Positions 7,061-16,944 of a stretch of 28,869 bases of DNA are shown here, piece after piece. How positions within the stretch are numbered: position 1 is the stretch's first letter; each line of letters begins with the position of its first letter. Where the stretch lies: positions 1 through 28,869 of the forward strand of contig WRJW01000221.1 in assembly GCA_009778375.1 (NCBI GenBank). The letters are read 5' to 3'. The notes below the pieces were generated by a model. It had not been told where the DNA came from and searched no databases. It saw nothing but the letters and a program-made list of their open reading frames with translations. Source of the DNA: Bacteroidota bacterium (GTDB lineage: Bacteria > Bacteroidota > Bacteroidia > Bacteroidales > UBA932). The translations under genes and the position numbers were made by a program.

Positions 7061-9118
7061 ATGAAAAAATTATTCTACTTTATGACAATGGCAGCAGTAA
7101 TAACTTGCTCGCCGCGGCAGGAGCGCGAAAAAATCATCGGAAAAAACCATCCGGTGATCGAAGACGGAATCCTGACCCCCGAAATTATGCATCAATTCGG
7201 GAATCTTTCCGACCCTCAGGTATCGCCTGACGGAAGCAAAATCCTTTACGGGGTGAGCTACACCGATTTGGCCGAAAACAAACGGAACCGCGCACTCTTT
7301 GTAATTAATGTGGACGGAACCGACAATCGGCAACTAACCAACACTCCAAAAAGTGAATCCAACGCACGCTGGTACAACAATGGGGCACAAATCGCCTATT
7401 TGCAGGGAGGTCAGCTCTGGTTGATGAATGCAGACGGAAGCAATCCTCAAAAAATCAGTGATATGTCGACTGAAATGGCAGAATTTGCTTTTTCGCCGGA
7501 CCAAACCAAACTACTGTTTATCAGTCAAGTACCTGCTATCAAAAAACCTGTTGATCTTTATCCCGATCTGCCTAAAGCATCGGGCCGGATGATCAATGAC
7601 CTGATGTATCGCCATTGGGATCAGTGGGTAGAAGAGATTCCCCATCCCTTTACGGCCGATTTTGACGGAAAGCGAATCACCCATGTCGTGGATATTTTGG
7701 AAGGAGAACCTTATGAATGTCCCACCTTGCCTTCCAGTGGCATCGAACAGCTATCGTGGAGTCCGGACGGCACCCAAATCGCTTATGCCTGCCGTAAACT
7801 CACCGGAGCAGCCTACGCCCGCTCTACCAATACCGATATTTACCTCTACACTTTGGCCACCCGCGAACACAAAAACCTGACTCAAGGCATGATGGGCTAC
7901 GATACCGATCCGGTGTTCTCCCCGGACGGCCGCCATATTGCCTGGAGCAGTATGGAGCGGGAGGGGTATGAAGCCGACAAAGAACGCCTTTTTGTGATTG
8001 ACTTGAACACGGGAGAAAAAACCGAATTGAGCCAAAACTTTGCCTACAATATAGGCAATATAAGTTGGCATCCCGACAGTAAAAGCATCTATTTTACCTC
8101 CTGCGTTAACGCGCTGACCCATGTATACCAAATGGCTTTCCCGGGTGCGGCCATACGCCAACTTACTACCGGCTGGAACGACTTTAGCGGAGTACAACAG
8201 GCCGGAGATGTTCTGATCGGTATGTACCGCTCCATGTTTTTTCCCAACGAATTGGTATCCATTAATCCACAATCCGGTACCATTCAACAGCTTACCTTTG
8301 AGAACAAGCATATCTTAGATCAATTGGCCGAGGGTAAATGCGAGGAGCGCTGGATTACGACCACCGACAATAAACAGATGCACACCTGGGTCTTGTATCC
8401 TCCCGGATTTGATCCTGCCCAAACATATCCGGCCATTTTGATTTGTTTGGGAGGACCTCAGGGAACCCTCAGCCAAAGCTGGTCGTCCCGTTGGAATTAC
8501 CGCCTTATGGCTGCTCAGGGATATATTGTAATCCTCCCTAACCGGCGTGGCACCACAGCGTTTGGTCAAGAGTGGTGCGAACAGATAAGTGGAGACTATT
8601 GCGGCCAAAACATTCAGGATTACCTGAGCGCCGTAGACAACCTAAAAAAAGAGCCTTTTGTAGACGCCAACCGGATTGCCGCTGCAGGCGCCAGTTACGG
8701 CGGATACAGCGTCTACTACTTGGCGGGGGTACATAACAAGCGGTTCAAAGCCTTTATTGCCCATGCCGGTATTTTTAATCAGGAACACATGTATATGACC
8801 ACCGAAGAGATCTGGTTTCCCAACTGGGACAACGGCGGTGCTCCCTGGGATAAAAACCCCATTGCACAACGTCATTACGCCAACTCCCCCCATACTTTGG
8901 TAGACAAATGGGATACTCCCATTTTGATCACCCACGGAGAACGCGACTATCGGGTACCCGTAGATCAGGGCATGGCGGCCTTTAATGCAGCAAAACTGCT
9001 GGGCGTAGAAGCAGAAATGGTACTCTTTCCGGACGAAAATCACTGGATATTAAAGCCCCAAAACTCCATCCTCTGGAACCGGACCTTCTTTAACTTCTTA
9101 GCAAAACATCTAAAATGA
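7061..9118 (+). CDS. S9-family (prolyl oligopeptidase clan) peptidase, DPP5-like, probable lipoprotein
   Basis: PD40-like propeller repeats (PQVSPDG, LSWSPDG, PVFSPDG), GGPQ, nucleophile GASYGG, HGERDYRV, FPDENHW. The start MKKLFYF at 7061 has a signal peptide with Cys16. Confidence 0.92.
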   Translation: MKKLFYFMTMAAVITCSPRQEREKIIGKNHPVIEDGILTPEIMHQFGNLSDPQVSPDGSKILYGVSYTDLAENKRNRALFVINVDGTDNRQLTNTPKSESNARWYNNGAQIAYLQGGQLWLMNADGSNPQKISDMSTEMAEFAFSPDQTKLLFISQVPAIKKPVDLYPDLPKASGRMINDLMYRHWDQWVEEIPHPFTADFDGKRITHVVDILEGEPYECPTLPSSGIEQLSWSPDGTQIAYACRKLTGAAYARSTNTDIYLYTLATREHKNLTQGMMGYDTDPVFSPDGRHIAWSSMEREGYEADKERLFVIDLNTGEKTELSQNFAYNIGNISWHPDSKSIYFTSCVNALTHVYQMAFPGAAIRQLTTGWNDFSGVQQAGDVLIGMYRSMFFPNELVSINPQSGTIQQLTFENKHILDQLAEGKCEERWITTTDNKQMHTWVLYPPGFDPAQTYPAILICLGGPQGTLSQSWSSRWNYRLMAAQGYIVILPNRRGTTAFGQEWCEQISGDYCGQNIQDYLSAVDNLKKEPFVDANRIAAAGASYGGYSVYYLAGVHNKRFKAFIAHAGIFNQEHMYMTTEEIWFPNWDNGGAPWDKNPIAQRHYANSPHTLVDKWDTPILITHGERDYRVPVDQGMAAFNAAKLLGVEAEMVLFPDENHWILKPQNSILWNRTFFNFLAKHLK

Positions 9119-9128
9119 GGTGTCCCGG

Positions 9129-11924
9129 ATGAGACTTCCAATCCTCTATTTGTTATTGGGGCTCATCTCTTTGCCTGCTTTGGGCAATTGGACCCCTCAG
9201 ATTGTCACCTATGCACGAAGCGAATACAAGGCCGGCAGTCAGAACTGGCAAATAGCCCAACGGGGCGACCATTGGATGTACTTTGCCAATAAAGCTGGAA
9301 TTCTCGAATTTAACGGCACTGCGTGGAACCTCTATCCTTTTGACAACAGTTCCGATGGCCGCAGTTTGTTGTGTGCAGCCGATAACCGGCGCATCTATGT
9401 GGGCGGCATCAACGAATTTGGTTACCTGCAGCCCGACGAAACCGGCGCGCTGCAATACGTCAATCTTTCTGTACAGATTCCCCGAGGTGCCATGACAGTG
9501 GGCAACGTGTGGAAAATTTATGAAATAGACGATGCCGTTTACTTTTGCGGCGACAATTTGTTAGTCCGATGGCGAGGCAACCGCTTTCAAAACATTCCCT
9601 GTCCCGACAAGGTTGATTGCTCCGGACTCCTTAACAATACTCTGTACATTGGCACAACATCCGGGCTTTATGTTTTGGCGGGAGATACTTTTTATCCCCT
9701 CCCTGCCTCCGGGTTATTGACGCATAAAAAACTGAGGGCCATTATTCCGTTCTACAACGATATGCTGGTCGCCGCTTCGGATGCGCTTTACTTGGTAGAT
9801 AAAAATGGCTGTCGCCCCTTTATTACCCAAGTCGATGCCTTTATTCGCGAAAACGGCCTTTTCTCCATGGCTGTTTATGAAAATATCCTTGCCGTGGGCA
9901 CCGTTCGCAAAGGGGTAGTACTCATTGACCATAAGGGGATGGCCATGGATTATTTTAACGAATCCCACGGCTTACACGACAATACCGTACTCTCTCTATT
10001 CTTTGACTCCGATCACAATTTGTGGTTGGGGCAGGACAATGGGATTGGCTTTGTTGCCTTGCACAATCCTTTAAAAAATCTCTACACCCATCCCAATTTT
10101 TATGGATCCGGATATGCTGCGGCATTGTACAATAATTTGTTATATTTAGGCACCAATCGGGGCCTTTATACCATTCCATGGTCAGAGGGGTTGTCGGAAA
10201 ACGCTCCCCGTCCTCATGCGGTTCCTCAGCTCCAGGGGCAGGTATGGTCGCTCAGCGTAATCGACAACAAGTTGATGTGCTGTATGGATACGGGCTTGTA
10301 TATGATCGATGCAAACAACCGTATAGAAACATTGGATTTGCCCGTTGGCGTTTGGTCGTTTCGCCCAATGCTTGATAATCCTTCGGCAGCGTGGATCAGT
10401 ACCTACAATGGTTTTTTTACCACCCGAAAGAAAAAAGACGGATGGGAAAAACCTACTCCGGTAGAAGGCCCTGCTGTATATACCATTATTAACTATCAGG
10501 AAATAGCGCCCGGCGTATTGTTCCTCAGGGATAATTATAACGAATTTATAAAAGCTACCCTAAATGATTCCCGAACACAAATCACAGATACCGTTGTGCT
10601 TGGAGTCTCTAAAATCCCTGCAAACTCTTTTGTGTATAAATGGTACAACAGAGTTATCTGTTGTACCCGCTCCGGATTTTTTCAGGTAGATGAAACAGGC
10701 AACCTCCATCCCGACCAAGAGATGAATCAATGGACTCAGGTCGGAAACGACCCTGTTTCTTATAAAAGCCTTTCTGCCAAAGGTAACCTTGTTTGTGTGC
10801 TGAGCGACCATGTAATAGGCGCCTACAATGAGCAGACGGGATTCCGCGCTCTGCATCATCACGCCCTGCCTTTGATCGCCAATTTTGAAGAATTGGTGGT
10901 ACTCAATGATTCTCTATCCATTATTCCCAACGAAAATGGATTTGCCCTTTGGAATATTTTATCGGCCACAACTCCCTCCTCAAAACTACAAATCATTAAA
11001 ATAGAATCTATTAAGAATAATGCCACTTTGTATGTACATGCGGTAACTCAAGACGCCTTGTTAAGCATCCCTTACAAGGATCGCTCTCTTCGTTTTCACT
11101 TTCACCTGCTTGATTATGCCAATACCTCCCCCCGCAGCTACAGTTGTCGGCTTGACGAGGGTGATTGGGTACAAAATGTTTCGGGTGTAAAAGATTATGA
11201 GAACATAAGTATTGGTAAACACCGGTTTATGCTAAAAACGGATTTCGACGTTTTCGAAGATTTTAGTTTTACCATTTTACCTCCCTGGTATAAAAAAACC
11301 TGGGCTTACGGCATATATAGCTTGTTGACTGTCTTTTTCTGTTTGGGAGTATGGTACTGGGACGACAGACGCATAAAACTAAAAAACAGACAATTAGAAT
11401 TAAAGCAGAAAAAACAGATACGCATTAAAGAACAGGAAATCACTCAATTAAAAAATGAGCGCTTAGAATTGGAAGTAAAGCACAAGAATCAGGAATTAGC
11501 CAATACGGCTATTAACTTAGCTCGTAAAAATGAGGTTCTTACTGAAATTCGGGGCGATTTGTCCAAAGTTTCCGAAGGGATGAAAATCGAAGATCCCGAC
11601 TTGCCGACACTTAGGCGTAAAATCCTGATATTAAACAATAAAATTTCAGAAAACATTTTTCAGGACGACAGCCTCAAAAAATTTGAAGAACATTTTGATT
11701 TAGTACACAATAAATTCATGGAGCACCTTACCGCAAAGTATCCCGAACTCAGCGCCAACGAGCGAAAAATGTGTGCATTCATCAAAATGAACCTCTCTTC
11801 CAAAGAGATCGCCCCCCTGCTTAACATCTCTATTCGGGGCGTAGAAACTTTGCGCTACCGGTTGCGTAAAAAAATCGGCCTCAAACAGGAAGAAAACCTA
11901 ATCATTTTTTTAAACAAGTTTTAG
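9129..11924 (+). CDS. Membrane-spanning one-component sensor-regulator: periplasmic beta-propeller, Y_Y_Y-like domain, TM helix, coiled coil and LuxR-type HTH
   Basis: Signal peptide, propeller repeats (IYVGGINEFG, LYLGTNRGLY), FTILPPWYK followed by a TM helix, and C-terminal LSANERKMC...SSKEIAPLLNIS..GVETLRYRLRKK. No histidine kinase or receiver domain is seen. Confidence 0.88.
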   Translation: MRLPILYLLLGLISLPALGNWTPQIVTYARSEYKAGSQNWQIAQRGDHWMYFANKAGILEFNGTAWNLYPFDNSSDGRSLLCAADNRRIYVGGINEFGYLQPDETGALQYVNLSVQIPRGAMTVGNVWKIYEIDDAVYFCGDNLLVRWRGNRFQNIPCPDKVDCSGLLNNTLYIGTTSGLYVLAGDTFYPLPASGLLTHKKLRAIIPFYNDMLVAASDALYLVDKNGCRPFITQVDAFIRENGLFSMAVYENILAVGTVRKGVVLIDHKGMAMDYFNESHGLHDNTVLSLFFDSDHNLWLGQDNGIGFVALHNPLKNLYTHPNFYGSGYAAALYNNLLYLGTNRGLYTIPWSEGLSENAPRPHAVPQLQGQVWSLSVIDNKLMCCMDTGLYMIDANNRIETLDLPVGVWSFRPMLDNPSAAWISTYNGFFTTRKKKDGWEKPTPVEGPAVYTIINYQEIAPGVLFLRDNYNEFIKATLNDSRTQITDTVVLGVSKIPANSFVYKWYNRVICCTRSGFFQVDETGNLHPDQEMNQWTQVGNDPVSYKSLSAKGNLVCVLSDHVIGAYNEQTGFRALHHHALPLIANFEELVVLNDSLSIIPNENGFALWNILSATTPSSKLQIIKIESIKNNATLYVHAVTQDALLSIPYKDRSLRFHFHLLDYANTSPRSYSCRLDEGDWVQNVSGVKDYENISIGKHRFMLKTDFDVFEDFSFTILPPWYKKTWAYGIYSLLTVFFCLGVWYWDDRRIKLKNRQLELKQKKQIRIKEQEITQLKNERLELEVKHKNQELANTAINLARKNEVLTEIRGDLSKVSEGMKIEDPDLPTLRRKILILNNKISENIFQDDSLKKFEEHFDLVHNKFMEHLTAKYPELSANERKMCAFIKMNLSSKEIAPLLNISIRGVETLRYRLRKKIGLKQEENLIIFLNKF

Positions 11925-11965
11925 AAGTAGTTTTGACGTAGTCAAAACGCGCATTTGACGTAGTC
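11924..11965 (+). promoter_or_regulatory. Candidate operator of the PUL regulator (phased GAmGTAGT repeats plus a palindrome)
   Basis: TTTGACGTAGTC at 11932 and 11954 (22-bp period), GAAGTAGT at 11924 (11 bp before the first core), and the palindrome TTTTGAC-GTA-GTCAAAA at 11931-11947. Confidence 0.7.
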
Positions 11966-12004
11966 GTGCAGGGGTAAAAAGGAAAAAAGTTGCCACATAA
12001 AGTT

Positions 12005-12012
12005 TATATTTG
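12005..12012 (+). promoter_or_regulatory. -7 box TATATTTG of the susC promoter
   Basis: Consensus match 23 nt before ATG 12036. Confidence 0.7.
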
Positions 12013-12035
12013 TACCAAAATATTACCCTAATGCA

Positions 12036-15000
12036 ATGAAAAAAAATCATTTAATTCTCTTGCTGTTACTGGCTTTTCCTATGGCCGTAATGGCGCAGAC
12101 CAACCCTGTAAAAGGGAAGGTTGTCTCGGCGGTGGATAAAGAACCCCTGGCGGGCGTAACCATCTTTGTCAAAGGTACGAGAACAATTGCGACCACCTCA
12201 ATGGACGGGACTTTTACCCTAAATGCCGCTCCTTCCGACGTATTAGTAGTTTCGTACATCGGATTTATACCCCAAGAGGTGACCGTAGGCACTATACGCG
12301 ATTTTGAGATCTTCATGAACGAGGACTCCAAATTTCTCGACGAAGTAGTCGTTATTGGCTATGGCGTACAAAAGAAAAGTCTGGTAACGGGCGCTATCAG
12401 CAAGGTAACGGCCAACGACCTCGAAAAGTCGCTGCCGACCCGTTTCGAAGATGTATTGAACGGCAAGGTTTCCGGCATCCAGATCTTGCAACAGAGCGGA
12501 CAGCCCGGTTCGGGATCCGACGTCTACATTCGTGGAATCGGTACCGTGAACAATTCCGGTCCCCTCTATGTGGTGGACGGAATGCAGATCGAAGGAAACA
12601 TCAGTTTTCTCAATCCCAAAGACATTGAGTCGGTCGAAGTCCTTAAGGACGCCGCCTCGGCCGCCATCTACGGAACACGCGGCGCCAATGGCGTCATCCT
12701 TATCACCACCAAGTCCGGCGTAAAGGGACAAAGAATGGTCAATTATGACTTTAACTATGGTTGGCAAAATCCCTGGAAAAAAAGAGAAGTGCTCAATGCC
12801 CAGGAGTACATGACGATCATGAACGAAATGGCCATCAACGACGGAGGGTCTTTCAAATTTTCGGCGGACGAAATCCGCAACGCCAAAACCACCGACTGGC
12901 AGGATGAAATCTTTAATTATAATGCTCCGGTCATCAACCACAGCATCAGCATGTCGGGAGGGGGCGAGAACAACACCTATGCCATTTCCTTTGGTTATCT
13001 AAAGCAGGATGGTATCATAGGAGGGAATTTTGGCAAATCTAATCTGGAGCGCTACAATTTCCGCACCAACGCCTCCCAGGTCGTTTACGAGACCAAAACA
13101 CGCTCTTTCCTCAACAAACTGAATGTGGGCGTAAATGTGTCGTATACGCATCAGGAAGACACAAATGTAGATTCCAACAGTCAATTTAACTCCATATTGA
13201 CCAGCGCCCTTATGTTTGGTCCCCACTACTCGGTATACGAAGATGCCGCTGTACTGGCAGATCCCAATTCGTGGTACAACCAATACATCGACGCCGGCAA
13301 TCCCGATTCGGGAAAATGGATCGATATTGTGATTAAAGATGAAAACGGCAAGGTCTATCGCGTCCCCCTTCAAGACAAGTACAACGAAATCGGCAACCCC
13401 GTAGCCATGCTTGCCAATAAACGTCAATACCAGATTAATAAACAAGATGTTTTTGTAGGCGGAGTATGGGGAGAATTGGATATTTGGAAGGGAATAAAGC
13501 TCCACTCAAGCTATACCGTGGATATGTCTTTTTGGGGCAATAACGGCTATAATTTGCCCTATTACGTGGCCGCTGCCGGAAAATTTATCGAAAATTTGGA
13601 CAAGGCCAATATTTATGGGCAAAAAAACCAGCGTTTCAGTTGGCAGATCGAAAATTACCTTACCTGGACCGAACAGTTTAACCAACACCATGTTACCGTA
13701 ACTGCCGGTCAATCCGCTTTAAAAACGACCCAAAGTCAGGTGGGAGGTTCTCGCGGAAGACCCATTTTTGACACGCACGATTTATTGATGAATATCAACA
13801 ATACCGAAGCGGTTCCCAGCCTCTACAACATATACGGATATTACAGCGGAAGCGATGTAAACTTTTATGCCTTAGCTTCTTATTTTGGACGTATAAACTA
13901 TAACTTTGGAGAGCGTTACATCTTTTCCGCATCGATCCGTCGCGATGGTTCTTCGCGTTTTGGTCCCGATAAAAAATGGGGTCTTTTTCCCGCCATCTCC
14001 GTGGCCTGGAATATCTTGAACGAACCTTACATCTACAACAAACCGGTGTGGATGGATGCGGCAAAAGTGCGGGCAAGCTGGGGACGTAACGGAAACGACC
14101 GCATTGGAGAATTAAGGTATGTGACCACCGATGCACGGGGCAGCGCCTATGACTACTACTTTGGAGGAGCCTACAATCCGGCCACCCTCACGTGGAACGG
14201 ACAACTTGTTGCGGGTGTACAACCCGGAGCCCTCGAAAATAGAGTCCTCGCCTGGGAACAATCGGAACAAACCAATATCGGCATCGACTTAACCTTCTTG
14301 CGCGGCGCTTTTAACTTCTCGTTTGACTGGTACAAAAAATCGACCATCGGAATGTTGCAAACCGCCATTATACCCCCTTCGACCGGACAAAGCGCCCCCA
14401 TCGCCAACGTAGGCGATATGTCAAACAGAGGGGTCGAAATTAATGCAGGATACAAAGGAAATGTCGGAAGTTTCCATTTTTACGTAGATGCAAACGCTAC
14501 TTACGTAAAAACGGTTTTAGATAAGTATGCCAACCAGGACGGCATCCAACGCAATCTTCAAAGCGCCGGTAATGCCGGCATCGGAGAGTTTATGCGGGGA
14601 CAAACGGGCGAGGTTTATCCATTCTTTTACGGACTTAAGACCAACGGACTTTTCCAAAATTGGGACGAAATCAACAGATATACCTGGACCAATCCCGAAA
14701 CCGGAGTTACCCAATTGATCCAGCCCAATGCCCACCCGGGTGATGTTCGTTTTATTGACATGAACGGAGACGGATCGATTACCGAAGCCGATAAAATTAA
14801 AACCGGAAAACCCATGCCCGACTGGATCATGGGTATTAACATAGGAGGCGATTGGAAAGGCTTTGACTTTAGCCTCTTCTTTAAGAGTTCGCTTGGTTTC
14901 CAAATCTTTGATTTTTCGCAACGTCAAGACGTTTCGGCCTTTAACCGTCCGGCTTGGGTATTGGATCGGTGGCACGGCGAAGGAACGTCCAACACCGTTC

Positions 15001-15287
15001 CCCGCGTGACAGCCAGCGACCCCAACGGAAACTTTATGTCCTCTGACCTGAATCTGAAAAACGGCGATTACCTCCGGCTAAAAACGGCGCAATTGGGATA
15101 TACCCTCCCTGCGCGCATTACCCATATAATCGGCCTTCAAAAGGTGCGTATGTATGTGGCAGGCTATAATCTTTTGACCTTTACAAAATACGATGGCTTT
15201 GACATAGAACTGGATCACAGCAGTGTGGATTACGGGGTCTATCCCCAATCCCGCACCGTTGCGGTAGGCGTAAATGTAACTTTCTAA
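12036..15287 (+). CDS. susC: SusC/RagA-family TonB-dependent transporter
   Basis: Signal peptide, N-terminal extension (VSYIGF), LDEVVVIGYG, PLYVVDG, VEVLKDAASAAIYGTRGANGVILITTK, RRDGSSRFG, C-terminal Phe. Confidence 0.97.
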   Translation: MKKNHLILLLLLAFPMAVMAQTNPVKGKVVSAVDKEPLAGVTIFVKGTRTIATTSMDGTFTLNAAPSDVLVVSYIGFIPQEVTVGTIRDFEIFMNEDSKFLDEVVVIGYGVQKKSLVTGAISKVTANDLEKSLPTRFEDVLNGKVSGIQILQQSGQPGSGSDVYIRGIGTVNNSGPLYVVDGMQIEGNISFLNPKDIESVEVLKDAASAAIYGTRGANGVILITTKSGVKGQRMVNYDFNYGWQNPWKKREVLNAQEYMTIMNEMAINDGGSFKFSADEIRNAKTTDWQDEIFNYNAPVINHSISMSGGGENNTYAISFGYLKQDGIIGGNFGKSNLERYNFRTNASQVVYETKTRSFLNKLNVGVNVSYTHQEDTNVDSNSQFNSILTSALMFGPHYSVYEDAAVLADPNSWYNQYIDAGNPDSGKWIDIVIKDENGKVYRVPLQDKYNEIGNPVAMLANKRQYQINKQDVFVGGVWGELDIWKGIKLHSSYTVDMSFWGNNGYNLPYYVAAAGKFIENLDKANIYGQKNQRFSWQIENYLTWTEQFNQHHVTVTAGQSALKTTQSQVGGSRGRPIFDTHDLLMNINNTEAVPSLYNIYGYYSGSDVNFYALASYFGRINYNFGERYIFSASIRRDGSSRFGPDKKWGLFPAISVAWNILNEPYIYNKPVWMDAAKVRASWGRNGNDRIGELRYVTTDARGSAYDYYFGGAYNPATLTWNGQLVAGVQPGALENRVLAWEQSEQTNIGIDLTFLRGAFNFSFDWYKKSTIGMLQTAIIPPSTGQSAPIANVGDMSNRGVEINAGYKGNVGSFHFYVDANATYVKTVLDKYANQDGIQRNLQSAGNAGIGEFMRGQTGEVYPFFYGLKTNGLFQNWDEINRYTWTNPETGVTQLIQPNAHPGDVRFIDMNGDGSITEADKIKTGKPMPDWIMGINIGGDWKGFDFSLFFKSSLGFQIFDFSQRQDVSAFNRPAWVLDRWHGEGTSNTVPRVTASDPNGNFMSSDLNLKNGDYLRLKTAQLGYTLPARITHIIGLQKVRMYVAGYNLLTFTKYDGFDIELDHSSVDYGVYPQSRTVAVGVNVTF

Positions 15288-15297
15288 TTTTAAATTT

Positions 15298-16926
15298 ATG
15301 AATCAAATGAAAACGATAAGATTATTCATTCCGGTTATCATTGCGGCAGGACTCTTTTCTTCCTGTGGTGAAGATTTTTTAACGGCAAATTCCACAAATT
15401 CAAAGCCTTACGGAACAGATCCCATCACTGAACAAAGTATAAACGCCAATCTTTCAGCCTGTTATCATATGCTTGTGCGCGACAATTACGGAGGAGGATT
15501 GGTCAGCGTTTTGGTAACTTCAGACGTTCGCTCCGACGACGTATTTAAAGGAGGCGCCAGCGCCACAGACGGAAACGAATTTGCCCGGGTGGCCACCTTT
15601 AACGCCGAACCCTCCCTTGTCATCCCCGGATTTTGGGAGATGCATTACAGAGCCGTGGCGCGGTGCAACGAAACCATTGCCAATGCCGATCAATTTATTG
15701 CCGCAGGAGCGGGCGACGTTGCGCTGGTGCAAAAATATAGAGAAGAAGCCATCTTTCTGCGTGCCTATTTTATGCACTGGTTGTGGAAAAACTGGGGCAA
15801 CGTGCCTTATCCAAGAGGCGTACTAAAAGCCGAAACCGATTTTATGGCCGAACAATACACCGCCGACGAAGTATATCAGTTTCTCATGGAAGACATTGCT
15901 GAATGTGAAGCCATCGGCAAGCTAACGATTAAAACGCCCGCTCAGGATATGGGACGGGTAAATCTTGCCGCCGTCTACATGTTAAAGGCAACGGTGGTCA
16001 TGTACCAAAAAGATCAATCCAAATACAGTGAGGTGGCCTCCAATTTGGCATCCGTCATCAGCAGCAACGAGTATGAGCTGTACCCGGATTTTGACAGATT
16101 GTGGTTGCTCGAAGGCGAATTTTGTCGGGAGAGCATCCTCGAATCAAACCAGGCCTCTTTTCCCGTCTCCGATTGGGGCGTTTCTCCAAGTAATCCTTTT
16201 GGGTTTGGCACCAACCTCCCCTGTCAACTCGCTCCACGTAATTTAAAAGACCCCAACGGCATCTTTGGCGGAACAGGATGGAGTTTTGCAGTCGTACGCC
16301 CCTACCTCTACAAAATCATCGGCGATCCGGTTGATACCGACGGCAAGTTGCCGATTTTTGAAGCCGAAGACGTACGGCGCGCCGCCTCTATCAACTATTG
16401 GATACCGGTAGACCATTACTCCCCGGCCTTTCAAGATACCAGGGGTTATTTTCAACGAAAATATGCCGCCCGTATTGGTTACAGCGTAGCGGGTTCTCAA
16501 GAGGTGAACTATTGTAACAATCTGCGTATCTACCGCTATGCCGAAACCCTCCTCGACTATGCCGAACTGACGGGCGTTTTGGGCGCAAGCGAATCAGGCG
16601 GCGTAACGGCACAAGGTTGTTTAGACAAAGTACGCGCACGTGCAGGCGTAAGCTCCATTGCCGTGACGGCAGATAACATCGAACTCGAACGCCACCGCGA
16701 ATTTATAGGCGAGGGACGGCGTTACTGGGATTTGGTTCGTTGGGGAAAAGCAGCCCAGGCGCTGACCGAAAATTTTGAACAACCCTCGGTAAACGACAAG
16801 GGAGCATTGGTATATTTTACCTTTACCCGCACCTGGACAGAGAAGAGCAAATACCTGCCTATTCCCGTAGAAGAGGTAAATGCCCGCATGGGCACCCCTT
16901 ATGAGATTATTCAAAATCCCTATTAA
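15298..16926 (+). CDS. susD: SusD/RagB-family glycan-binding lipoprotein
   Basis: Lipobox FSSC-GEDFL, EAIFLRAY, WGNVP, RYAETLLDYAE, ERHREFIGEGRRYWDLVRWG, YLPIP. Confidence 0.95.
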   Translation: MNQMKTIRLFIPVIIAAGLFSSCGEDFLTANSTNSKPYGTDPITEQSINANLSACYHMLVRDNYGGGLVSVLVTSDVRSDDVFKGGASATDGNEFARVATFNAEPSLVIPGFWEMHYRAVARCNETIANADQFIAAGAGDVALVQKYREEAIFLRAYFMHWLWKNWGNVPYPRGVLKAETDFMAEQYTADEVYQFLMEDIAECEAIGKLTIKTPAQDMGRVNLAAVYMLKATVVMYQKDQSKYSEVASNLASVISSNEYELYPDFDRLWLLEGEFCRESILESNQASFPVSDWGVSPSNPFGFGTNLPCQLAPRNLKDPNGIFGGTGWSFAVVRPYLYKIIGDPVDTDGKLPIFEAEDVRRAASINYWIPVDHYSPAFQDTRGYFQRKYAARIGYSVAGSQEVNYCNNLRIYRYAETLLDYAELTGVLGASESGGVTAQGCLDKVRARAGVSSIAVTADNIELERHREFIGEGRRYWDLVRWGKAAQALTENFEQPSVNDKGALVYFTFTRTWTEKSKYLPIPVEEVNARMGTPYEIIQNPY

Positions 16927-16944
16927 TTTAACACCTGTTCAACC

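Noticed and set aside
9129-11924. Calling the regulator a classical hybrid two-component system
   Set aside because: No HisKA, HATPase, receiver or AraC domains are visible. The cytoplasmic part is short and ends in a LuxR-type HTH.
11966-12004. Absence of a -33 box as proof that the susC promoter depends on an activator
   Set aside because: Most other promoters in the window also lack a clear -33 box, so the absence is not diagnostic.
12243-12941. 232-aa antisense ORF in susC, and the many similar 60-190 aa antisense or alternate-frame ORFs inside nifJ, the peptidase, the GH genes and cysS
   Set aside because: They are shadows of strongly supported genes, expected from codon bias, with no recognisable motifs or independent signals.
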